A stretch of 61,959 nucleotides of DNA, counting the filler, from Choristocarpus tenellus KU-1152 (taxonomy: Eukaryota; Protista; Phaeophyceae), in the NCBI GenBank assembly GCA_964200185.2. It is 11 parts of 11 records of this genome, joined end to end, with 100 filler letters (N's around TTAATTAATTAA, not from the genome) between each part and the next. Parts side by side here need not be neighbours in the genome. Positions count along the whole stretch, not along the records: positions 24,113 to 27,227 come from CAXNAD020022223.1; positions 27,328 to 38,372 come from CAXNAD020002546.1; 9 more parts are not named here. The stretch is one strand, 5' to 3'. Shown here one piece after another: positions 24,013-35,000 of the stretch; position 1 is the stretch's first letter, and each line of letters begins with the position of its first letter. The notes beneath the pieces are model-generated. The model had not been told where the DNA came from, made no database searches, and saw nothing but the letters and a program-made list of their open reading frames with translations. A program made the translations under genes and the position numbers.

Positions 24013-24112
24013 NNNNNNNNNNNNNNNNNNNNNNNNNNNNNNNNNNNNNNNNNNNNTTAATTAATTAANNNNNNNNNNNNNNNNNNNNNNNNNNNNNNNN
24101 NNNNNNNNNNNN
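24013..24112. other. Artificial contig linker 5
   Basis: Same spacer. Confidence 0.99.
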
Positions 24113-24479
24113 ATGAGCTCAAATGACGTGTTTGGCGCGCGCAATTGTATCTGACCGCGCGTCTTATACATACAGTGTGCGTAGGCGATGTCCCTGACAT
24201 ATCGCCCAAATCATCAAAGAGGATAAAGGTGATAAGTCCAGCGAGATCGCTTGATGCCTGTAGAGTAATTGATTAAAGCTAAGTGGGCCATGCATCACCC
24301 CATAAATCAGAGATATTTCCTTTTTTTATGAGAACTTTTCTCATACAACTAATCACTAGTAAAAGGTTCTGATAACTCAACCACTAATTAATTGTTCTCT
24401 TACTCCATATTTTACCATAACTGTCCGATAAAGTTGTAAGAAGAGTCTAATCGAACACATGCACAATGAGATCTCAAGC

Positions 24480-25600
24480 CAAACTTCATTGCCACACCAA
24501 CAGATTGTCTACAGTGTACTGGTAGCCCTCGTGTCGATGCTTCAACCTGTATTAGCCCAAGAGAACCCTCGCCCGCTGTCTGTGCTGCCTTAAACAACCA
24601 ACCTGCCTCTGTTCCTGGGAAACACGGGACCTCGTTCATTCCAAAAGCAGGACATCCAAAACCCGTTCTACCAGTGACATCCGCTCCCCAGCCTGTGCTT
24701 CGATCCCCACTTGCTTCAGCCACAGACAGGTCGAGCAATAGAAATCGACACCATTCGGGCAAAGACTTACCTCCATCGTCTGCCTCCCAGGAGGACGAAG
24801 TCGATACATGGCTAAAAGCACACCGAGTTTGCTTTCATCATGCCTATGGTCAAGACTGCTACAGGTCCAAAAGTAGTGAATGCAGGTACACACATGACGA
24901 CTTGGTAGTTCCTAAGGGATACTTCTCATACCTTTCGAGAACCTACCAAGGATCTCCAGGTGCTCAACCCACTGCAGAGTCGCGTATGATGATAGCCTTA
25001 ACAGATACACATCTCCATTACCTAGCAGCGATGCAAGACTCGGAGCTCCCTCTACTATTCACGAGAAGCCCAACCGATTCGGACGTTTCAGAGTCGCCTT
25101 GAAGCTGCACCCTGGAGTCTGAGCCTCCAGGGATCCCTGTCATTCCAACTATAGACAGTAGGACTCCCATTCCCATCTCGATAATATTCACCATGACATC
25201 TGTCCATCATACTAGTCAAGTATGGATATCCGCCCTGCTATGGCATCCACGCAGAGTCCACTAGAAAATGCCTGTCCAGGTACTCCTTGACACAGGTAAA
25301 GGAGGGGGAAATTACGTCTCATCTGTTTTTTTGGCCCACCACTGCCCTTTGGGGAGGTAGCATCAATTTACCATATCTCAACATATCAGGTAAAGGTGCC
25401 TTACAGGTAGCAAACCCCAGAGGGTGCAATATTCAATCAATGCAGGTATTGGGGCCATTCAAACTTCCAATAGCGTTTCCCCCGGAGATTAAAGTGAAAT
25501 GTGACATTTAGGATAATGGTGGGGCTGCCTTACGAAATAATTTTAGGAGCAGCATTTTGTAGACAACACCAGAACATATACTGTCATTTAAAGAAGGTCA
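24480..25600 (+). mobile_element. Decayed retroelement gag-protease region (CCCH finger + retropepsin)
   Basis: ORF 24674-25102 contains CFHHAYGQDCYRSKSSECRYTH (C-x8-C-x7-C-x3-H). From 25268 the sequence reads MPVQVLLDTGKGGGNYVS and, after two frameshifts, FRIMVGLPYEIILGAAFC, i.e. the DTG and ILG motifs of retroviral-type aspartic proteases. Confidence 0.7.
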
Positions 25601-26560
25601 ACGGTTCCGACTATCCCCACAGTCAACATGGGTACTATTCGCCAGTTTCAATACCCAGATCCCGCAGTAGCAGCGCACCCTTGTCAGCCCTTAGCGAATG
25701 GCATTGTAGTACAAAGGAAAGTTCTAAAATGGATAGTGGCCAGGCTGGATAACAAAATCAGAAGCAATGAACAGCTTTACCTCACTACAGTTGGATGCTT
25801 AACATACCTTCTGGGACCTTTACAATCCTAGGACAAGACCACACCCAAACTAATGTTCCCACCCAAGAAATATTCTTGCTCCTAGAGGACGTGTTATGTC
25901 TCTTCCCTCTAGGTACCGGTGTCAAAAAGTCGTGGAAGGATGAAAGAGGAAGAGACAGGTGGTGCCCAGGTCCATTTTCTTATTGACTTCTTCGGGGGAC
26001 CTCCCATCAGGTAACAACTGTATACCCGAAAGACAAGGCGAGGATTAGTTGGTGCATACCAGAACAAGAGGATAAGCCATTGATCATCATAGTCACTGAA
26101 AGGGACGTAGAATAGCAGAAGTTGGAACCAAGAACCCGCCGACATCGGAGCATACACTAATATATATGGGTTGCATACCCTGTAGTCTTATGAAAAAAAA
26201 TCAATACATTCACTTTTTTTCATTTTTCTGTTTTGCGACTGATTTCGGTGATGTATTTTCTTTGAAGTTTTTTTTCTTCTTGGTTTTGATACTACAAATA
26301 TGTATATTGTACTTTTTAATTTAGTTTTCTCCCATTTTGTTGCTCTCATTACCTACTGGGGGGTTTTTCTTCTTTCTTTTTCTTCATTCTTTTTTCATTG
26401 GCTGTTTTGCGCACTACCAGCCTTGAGTATGCTCTGTGCTGGGTGGGATAGGACAGACAATGACCAGATGTATCCAGTAGGCCACAAAACGATTAGGGGT
26501 TGTGAGTCTATTCCTTGATAGCACTTACGATGCAGACACACAATAGAACTTTGCAGTCTT

Positions 26561-27115
26561 TGGAACGGAGAACCCATTATTTGTAGGCCTAATCAGAGCC
26601 ATCTACTTTGTAACTTTTGAAGTCTGGTTCAGAAAGAATAAGCGTATACTCGAATTAGGCTCGATACAATCTGTCGGAGATTGTATCCTGTGAACTTGTG
26701 GAAAGACATTTTCTAAGGGAACATAGAGATAAATTAATCACATTCGTGATTAGGGAGATCGGAACTGGGGACCCATTTGTTTTAGGCCATGTCAGAAATA
26801 TACGCTTTGTAACTTCTGAAGGTGTGCTTCAGAAGGAACAATTGTGTAATCGGATTAGGTCAGTTGCAAAGTGACTCGGATGGTGTTCTGTGACCTTTGG
26901 GAAAGATTTTCCCAAGGAAAACAAAGATATTTGTTGATCCATTTTGGGCCTCGTCAGAGTTATATATATTTTTAATGAATGTATATACTCTGATTCGGTC
27001 AGACATGTATTGATTCTGACTGTGTCTCAAGACCTTTGGGGATCCATTCCCAAAGGAAACTAAGAGATATGTCGATCATTGTTGAAAATAACTGGTTAAT
27101 TTGGAACTGGAGTCC
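26561..27115. repeat. Degenerate tandem repeat, ~200-bp unit, ~2.7 copies
   Basis: GGAAC..GG.ACCCATT..TT.TAGGCC...TCAGA...CTTTGTAACTT.TGAAG recurs at ~26562 and ~26761, with a shortened third unit and a restart at ~27103. Confidence 0.7.
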
Positions 27116-27147
27116 CTGTGTTGGAAACAACAGGCGAATTTGGAACT

Positions 27148-27227
27148 GGCTCAAAGTATCTGGGAGGGGGTGGCGGCTGGCCATTTAGAGTCAATTTTTT
27201 CTTATCTTGATTTTTGGGTTCTTTGGC
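27148..27227 (+). mobile_element. Family A TIR (GGC variant) at contig end
   Basis: GGCTCAAAGTATCTGGGAGGGGGTGGCGGCTGGCCATTT. Confidence 0.85.
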
Positions 27228-27327
27228 NNNNNNNNNNNNNNNNNNNNNNNNNNNNNNNNNNNNNNNNNNNNTTAATTAATTAANNNNNNNNNNNNNNNNN
27301 NNNNNNNNNNNNNNNNNNNNNNNNNNN
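27228..27327. other. Artificial contig linker 6
   Basis: Same spacer. Confidence 0.99.
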
Positions 27328-27350
27328 CCCCCCCTCCCCCAGATACTTTG
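27328..27350 (-). mobile_element. Family A TIR remnant at contig start
   Basis: CCCCCCCTCCCCAGATACTTTG. Confidence 0.7.
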
Positions 27351-27422
27351 TGGGTCTGCTGGGTGCACAAATCTCTTCTGCTAGTATTATACCAAATCAG
27401 GCTCAACAGTGCCCTAACGTGA

Positions 27423-27681
27423 GAGTGGAATTATCTTAGAGGGTACGAGTTTTGCCCTGTTTGTCCATTTGGGACTTGGCTTCCCATTGGTTCTTTTATG
27501 AAATGTTTCCTAGTCCGAAATGTTTAGGAGTAGGTAAAGTGTATATGCTATGAAAAGGTGTGTCCGAAACATAGATATTGACATTTCCTAACAAACATTA
27601 TAGCCAAAGTTACATCAAAATCGCAACATTGGATTTTGACCCCAAATGGACACGGCTCTACCCTCTAAGATACTTTGGCTC
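27423..27681. mobile_element. MITE family B, full-length 259 bp, 4-bp TSD GTGA (Sola2-like)
   Basis: GTGA|GAGTGGAATTATCTTAGAGGGTA ... TACCCTCTAAGATACTTTGGCTC|GTGA. Confidence 0.9.
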
Positions 27682-28121
27682 GTGATTCCAGGCTCACTTC
27701 TCTCAACTGCCTTTGCCCACCTTGTCCATGGAGCAGGACCCTTACACACCTGCAGGGACTGCTAGATGCAATGTGTGTATGTGTTAAACACACCTGAGAC
27801 ACACGAGGAACACCTGGACACCCAATTGCTAGGTACTCTCCATCCTTGTTTTGATCTCCACAGTTCTCACAATATGGTAAACTGGGTAGCAGGTATGAGC
27901 TGTGCCCTGGTAGAAGGGTGGCCTGTGCCAGGAGGGACCTGTGCCTGCCTTTGCAAAAGTTGGTGATAGAGCTAAACATACATGTTCTATATTTAGCTGT
28001 GGGGTTTGTAAGTAACTTTGGGCTTCAAAGTGGCCGAGAGCAGGTCATTCTTTACCTATAATATAATAATATGAAGGCATCACAGGTCAAACCCCTGTCA
28101 GTGAGCATAGAGAAGCAAATC

Positions 28122-28383
28122 AAGTGAAAGTATCTTAGGGGGTACAAGTTTTTTCCCTGTTTGTCCGTTTGGGGCTTGGCTTTCCACATTTTTTTTCATG
28201 ACGTTTTACCTACTCCGAAATAATTCCTGAGTAGGTAAAATGTGTATGTTATGAAAAGGTGTTTCCAGAACAAGGATATTGATACTTCCTAACAAACGCG
28301 ATAGCCAAAATTACATCATCACCGCAACATTGGATTTTGGGCCCCAATCGGACCCGGCTCTACCCTCTAAGATACATTGACTC
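28122..28383. mobile_element. MITE family B, second full-length copy 262 bp
   Basis: AATC|AAGTGAAAGTATCTTAGGGGGTA ... TACCCTCTAAGATACATTGACTC|GATC (TSD matches at 3 of 4). Colinear with 27423-27681. Confidence 0.88.
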
Positions 28384-30749
28384 GATCACATTCTGGGCCA
28401 ACCATCCCCTTCAACAATGCTTAACGAAGATTTTTGCTCTACACGTAGAAGGGAAGAGAGGAGTTTCCAACAAAAGCTCTAAATGTCCACACTTCACATC
28501 TGACAATACCTATTATCAATATTTTTGCATGTATTGCTGTACCATTTGTGTGTGCGCGTCCGTGGTGGCAGGTGTAGAAAGCATAGGTACCCCCACCGAA
28601 AAAAAGCCAACCCTGCGAGATTTCTGAAGTCCTTGTACCCTTAACAATAAAGTCATTGGTGGACGGAGGGTGGATGGACGGATATTAATGACAGTTCCAC
28701 ATAACATAGTACACATTATAATTATGCCCACAATGACATTGTCCAGAAGATAACAAAAAGGACAACAATAACAGATGAAGCATGCATTGCTTACAGTAAA
28801 AGCCCTTCTGATACACTGCAACCACACACAGTTGTAGTACACTTGAAAGCAAGAAACCAACTCCATGTGTTGGTAAATGCATTTTTTTGTCTATATAAAA
28901 ACAACCGAGAAGTCCATGTTAAGATTCACAGGCAGCTGAAACTACTACTACGCCCAACTAGACTGGGACTTGCAGAAGGCAAACTAGAAACAAGGGAGGA
29001 GTCCCGCGATTTTTCGAGCTCCCTTGGCCACCAGCCCATTGCATTTCTTGCTTGAAATGTTTGACACTTCTCGAAATCGTCACTTGCTGTGCTGTGACGG
29101 ACACAATCCTATCTGTCGGAGGTGTGCCTTTACCACTCCCTTCGTTCTGAACCTCATCCAAAATTTTTGGTCGTATATCATGACGCCCGAACCTTTTTAT
29201 GATAGAGATGTTGGCGTTAAACTAGTAGGGCGTGAGGTTCAAAAAGGTGAAAACGATGGTACCACCAGATTAATCAAAATTTCCAGATAGTAGACATAAA
29301 CGTCCACTCCTGTATGAATATACAAAAATTTTACACAAGTAAATTGGGTGGATTCATTAAATTCACTTGGAGAATTGATGCCATACATGATCATTTGAAG
29401 TATCTGATCAAATATCTGAAACCACAGGTAGTATATATGGCATCACTATTTTATCAACGATGTTTCTGCAATCTATATTTAAGTCCTCAAATATAGTGAC
29501 ATTAGAAGAAATACTAAACTTGTATCTGCTACTCAGAATAAAATAAGTCACCACTGCTGTTCTATTCTGAGGGGAAACATCTAAGCTTACAACGAAAATA
29601 TTGACCAATATTAGGAGGACAGGAATTTTAAGTACCCCTGTTTAATGCTTGTTTGTATCCACTGTAAGTATCACATTCAAATTATTTCTCTACACACCTA
29701 CCTTTAACTCTTCGGTTTACGGGTTTTCCAACCTGCGTGCAACACACTAGGATTTACTTTCAACAAGCTGGGGAAGGGGATTTTTGAATACTACTGAAGC
29801 CGTCGCACTCTTATTTCCACCTTCATTGAACCCCCCCCCTTTTTCTTCTGTTCTTGATCAAGGCATGATTCCGCAGTGATACAAGGATAACAGTGATTTT
29901 TGATAGTTACACGAGGATGTTTGCTTCACGCTTACATCCATCCCCCCCTTCCTTGGTAACAGTTTAACTATTATGCCTGGAGAAATTCCCTGCTGGCGTA
30001 TCAGGTGAACAAATGATTCATGTGTTGAATGTCGGAGTTCTGGAGTGTTGACCCCCATTTAGTATAATCCACATTTGCATTCTACAACTTTCAACAGCGG
30101 AACATCACCGAGTTCAACGACCCTATATCAACATCAAATAATGCGACGATGAAGACCACATAACAACTTCGCCAATGCAATGTACCTTCACTCCACCGCA
30201 ACGCAACTTTAACCACAACTCAACCTCCTTTCCTTCTATCCAGCACATTTTAATATATAGAGAGGTAGAACAAGTACATATTGCCTGAGAGTACCACTAC
30301 TCCTATACAATACTGTAACTAATACTTTTTTCTCTCTGTTCATGTAGTGATAACATTGTGTAATCAAGTAAAACTATACTACTATATATGTAAGGTGTAC
30401 CAACTACGCACGAGTAGTATTGCGAAGAGAATAGAGTAAATATATATGTGTTTATGTATAATAGTATTAATTTTTTTTTTAGGGTGTTTGCGTTGAATGA
30501 AATTCATTGTGGTGTCTTCTCCAATAATGGCAAGAAAATCCACTACCAAAATCAGTCTGCCCAGAAGTAAATTAATATGTGGTCCAGAAAAATGCAAAAA
30601 CAAGAAACGCCACTCAATGGGGATGAGCAAATTCAAGCCATCTTCGACCTGGTTCGTGGGCGCCCCAGTGATGAAAAAGCAGTCTGCCGTAGCCTGTGCT
30701 AGCTTCCGTCTAATTTCGACCCTTCCCTGGACATTCCTCGGTGGATTGA

Positions 30750-31010
30750 GCGATGGAGGTAGGTCTTTGCCCGAATGGTGTCGACTTCTATCACTTGCCC
30801 TGTCCGTGGCTAAAGCAAGTGAGGATTGAAGCACAGACTAAGGAACGGATGTGACTGGTTGGACGGGTTTGATTCATTGCTTTTTGGAATGAACGAGGTC
30901 CGTACTGGAACCGAAGCAAGTTGTTTGTTTAAGGCAGCACATACAGCGGGCGAGGAGTTCTGGGTTAAAACAGGTTGAAGCATCGACGCAAGGGTTACCA
31001 GTACACTGTT
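30750..31010 (-). mobile_element. Second, diverged copy of the gag-like region at 24520-24780
   Basis: Translates SPAVCAALNKQLASVP..TSFIPK and LALATDRASDRSRHHSGKDLPPS, versus SPAVCAALNNQPASVP...TSFIPK and LASATDRSSNRNRHHSGKDLPPS in contig 6. Confidence 0.8.
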
Positions 31011-31949
31011 GACGACCTCTTGGTGTGGCAGTGAAGTTTGGCATGATACCTCATTGTGCATAGAAGTCTTATTCTGGCGAGGTAGTCCTAGTTCCTGCCT
31101 AACGGTCGAGCTTTCCGCTGAGGCAGAGAAAGGGTATGACATGCTGCTAGCAAACATAGCACGCGCATCTGTCATGCTACCCAAAACAGTGTGAGTCTTG
31201 TCCTTCTACAATGCAGCTTTTGTAGCATTTTGGTTGACTGAGACAAATGCGTAATGATCGTTTCGATTGGATAATTCCTCTATGAGATCATCAAACCTTG
31301 AGTGTTGCCCCGAGGGTCTTACCGAGAGGCCATAATGCTTTTCACTATGTTTCCGACTTGAGATGGGATATTTCACCACGTTTGGTAAAAAAAAATACTA
31401 CGAGCAGAACACGGGGTGATACATAAGACTCTCCGGTAGTGAATTTCATTATGGGCAAACACTCTATTATATATTATTATGCTGTCTAACATTTTGGAGA
31501 TGTGCCAGGAGAAAAGCCAGTTCAATATCATATCGACACTAGTTGATCTTTTATTATTACTATTTTTGTCACTCACTTTTAGTCTGACTATTCTCCACTA
31601 CTACCTCCACTCTACCTTCGATCCGTGGTCAGATGCACATTGCACTATTTCTCCTCTCCTACGATTTACCTGTTGCACTACAACTAATTCCACTGGGATA
31701 TTATGCGTGCCTTGATGTTCTTGTGGGTTGGGTTCAGCCCTCCAGTACCCCTTGTCCCTCCGTCTCCTCCCTCAAGTCTGGTGCTTCCTCCCTCTGTCCC
31801 CAACGAATCTTCGTCATCCTGAACACATCTTTCAGTTTGTCCCTATTTGTTATTTAGGTCAAGATATTACGTTGCAGGTGTACCTTCCCAATGCACACTA
31901 ACTATATGGTTGGTTGTAGACAAATTTCCAGTAAGGGAAAAACAATATC

Positions 31950-32022
31950 TGTAGACCGGGATTCGAACCACGGCACTACCTTGACACAATGCAGGTTAAC
32001 ATCACCACCAAACCATCATATC
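31950..32022 (-). pseudogene. tRNA-derived relic (tRNA-His(GUG)-like pseudogene or SINE head)
   Basis: Minus strand reads TGATGGTTTGGTGGT (A-box-like)...CTGCATTGTG...CCGTGGTTCGAATCCCGG (perfect B box/T arm). Acceptor and anticodon stems do not pair. Confidence 0.55.
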
Positions 32023-35000
32023 GTTGGAACGGCGGACGGTTGGGCGGTCTAAGGGAGGAGAGGAGGTTGTCGTTAGGATTTTTCATCCCCATTCTACCAT
32101 GACTGCCTCGTTGTAACTCACAGGAAATTTCAAGGGGATAGAAGGATTCGTGCAGTACCGGTCCATCGCAGCCTCACTTAACTGAAGCACCACCCAGAAT
32201 CACGGACTGAACTGCTGCTATCCAAAGGTTGTGTCACCAAATCCCCTTCGACCTACATCAGATCCTGTTGTTGATGGGTTGGGCGTTCGGAGTACCACAT
32301 CATGAATGGGTGCAGAGTTTCGACCATTGACTCGTGAGTTGACCATAGCAAACATAACTCAATATTTTCCACATATTTCTCCGTTGAGTTGTAAAGGTAT
32401 TGGAGGCTGTCGCGATCGTCGATTATGGCCACATCTCGTGGGAAGAGGCTGCTGAGCGGAGAGAATGGAAGGTTATCCTCAATAGGTCCTGCGATGAAGA
32501 AGCAGGTGAGGATGGGTTTTCCATGGCTATTATAAAGGAAGATATAAGCTCGATCCCTTGATATTCGAAAATGCTGGTCCACAAGGTCAGCACGAATCAC
32601 ATTTGGATTCGCAGGCGGAGTTTGCAGTCCTGTAGATGTTGGGCGCATCCATTTGGTAAGACAAGCAACACCTTCGTCACAGTGCTGCCTATACGCACCT
32701 CCAGCAATTATCTTTTCTCCTTCGATTGGCGTGAACTTATTGTAGCAAACATTGATCTGAATATCGAACTGTGAACTACGAAGACTAAGGCCTTACCCTA
32801 CACACAAAAGTTTGTGTCCGTTGGTTACCATGACTTGCTCTCAGGGCAATGCAGCCCATCCTACAACCAACTCAGTATCAATCCCCACCCTACCCCTCCC
32901 GCAACACTTAAGATGAGGGTCTTCCATATATCTCCTCGGCCAGCAGCGAAGGGTCTAGACGATCTTGGTATGGGCCTCGAATGTCATTTGCCGGTGATGG
33001 AAGGGACAGGATCTCGAACGTTGCTGCCCGCACCTCCGTGTAACCCAACTAAGGTGGAGACGACAAAGATAGGCACAAACATCAAGTACACCAAATCTCA
33101 GTATTTTACAATCTGCTTGAGCTCTCGGGGTGATGATGTAGTTAGGACAAGAAACAGTTCCTGGTAGTGCTGAGTTGTTGACCGCCAAACACAGTGTGCA
33201 AGGTTCACCCATTTTCCCCATCTCATTTCCCCTAATATTGTACTCCGTACACGACAACCTATGTATTGTGAATATAGGTGAGAAAAATTGAAAGGGAGTG
33301 CATGTTCATTGCAGATACAACTGATGCCTATTTGAATGTAACATATGTTGTCCTACATGGTGTCAATGTATTGCATTTTCTATTGTGTTCCCCACCTTAC
33401 ATCTAATTTTTCCCACTATTCATTATACTTACTTTGGATTGATCTTGCCACCCATGATTCTACACTACAACCAGTTAAATTAAATGGAGGGGACCAAATA
33501 TGTCTTTGTCATCTATCACTGTCGGACCCTACCCAGTAAACTACTTTGTGCTTGCACTACAAAGAAAAAATGACAGAAAACAGCTACAACTACTCTGTAG
33601 ACAGTATGTGTATAAAAGGTGTTGATTGATTGCTGTTGATGTACATAGTTCCTGAATGGCACTGTTGTCTTCCCTTTCCTCTCCAGATGTGGTTTCCGGA
33701 TCAGATAGGATCAGAGGACTACTATATATCACCAAATGAATTTGCACAACAATTTTTGCAGGAGTTGCTCTCATTGTTAACAAGTCAGGCTGCCAGTCAA
33801 AGTATGATATATGCACCGTCATTGAGTGAGCATGTCACAAAAATCCACCCCTTCCATCTACATACACCCTTGTTTGAGTCACTCTGTCATCCATAGCCCT
33901 TGGCATTACCATTGCTTGAGACCTCCTTTGGCTAGTTGGTGATTTTTCATCCACATTTGTCTACATACTCTTGGTGGACCATGCTCTCCTCCTGCAGGTA
34001 CAGAGACCTTCAAGCCCTCCTGGTGGAACAAGACTAGCCTTTCCTCAAGTCCAATTACTCACTCGTTCACCTTGACACCTGGTCACCCCTTTTGAATCTT
34101 CCCTCCCTTTCATCGTATCCCATGTTACGCCTCACTGACATTCTGGTTGGTTTGTTTCAATGTGTGTTTTCGATACATTTTTTGTATTATTTCTCCTACA
34201 CAATAATATCAACATTTTTTTACTATAATAATTTTAGGTGTTAACATTTGGGGAGAGCTGGAACAATGTGATTGGAGTGCCGTGCCTTGTTTCTACCAGA
34301 CATGAAAAAGAAAAAATGGGAACAATAGTCTACTGTGGTGGTGTTGATGGTTGTGATGCTGCTGCTGTGAGCAAAAAAAAAAACATTAGCAGAGGAGGAA
34401 CATTTGTAAAGAGGAGGTTTACAGGTTGGGAAATGCCTTCTCAAGATCATACAGCGGTGGAGGGCTTAGGCAGCAGAGGAGGGCAGCATGGGAAGGGAGA
34501 GGAAAGCAGGGATAGGAAGTACAGGGAGGGCGATGCAGGAGAGGTGGGAGACTCCGGTCCTCCTTTGGATCACAGGGTTGACCAACATATGGAGGTAGGA
34601 GTGAGTACATGTGTGTTTTAGTGTCTCTGCTTCGGTATCGGATAGAACATCAAAAGGGGCCTTAAGACTACGATATCCCCTCTCTCTTCTCTTAAAAATA
34701 AGCTTCAGTGTGGACAAAAATGTCCAACTTTGAACACTCCAACTCATTTCAAAGCAGAGACTAATGTGAGTAGTAGATGTTACAGCCCCCTCCTTAGAAT
34801 TTGAAATTTTTATTCGTCTATGAATGTCTTTTGTTTACTCTTAAAAGTTCAATTTGAACGGGATTTTTGAAGTGGACAATACTGCATCATAGCAGATTCC
34901 ATACTTACATAACCTTTTCATCACTGCATCATGGTTACCCAGCAGTCAGTTAAGTTTAGTGTTGGAACCTATCAAGTTAGAGAATTGTGCTTACGTATTC

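Noticed and set aside
27423-28383. Two direct ~260-bp repeats as LTRs of a TRIM
   Set aside because: Each copy has its own TIRs and its own TSD; no TG...CA ends, PBS or PPT seen.
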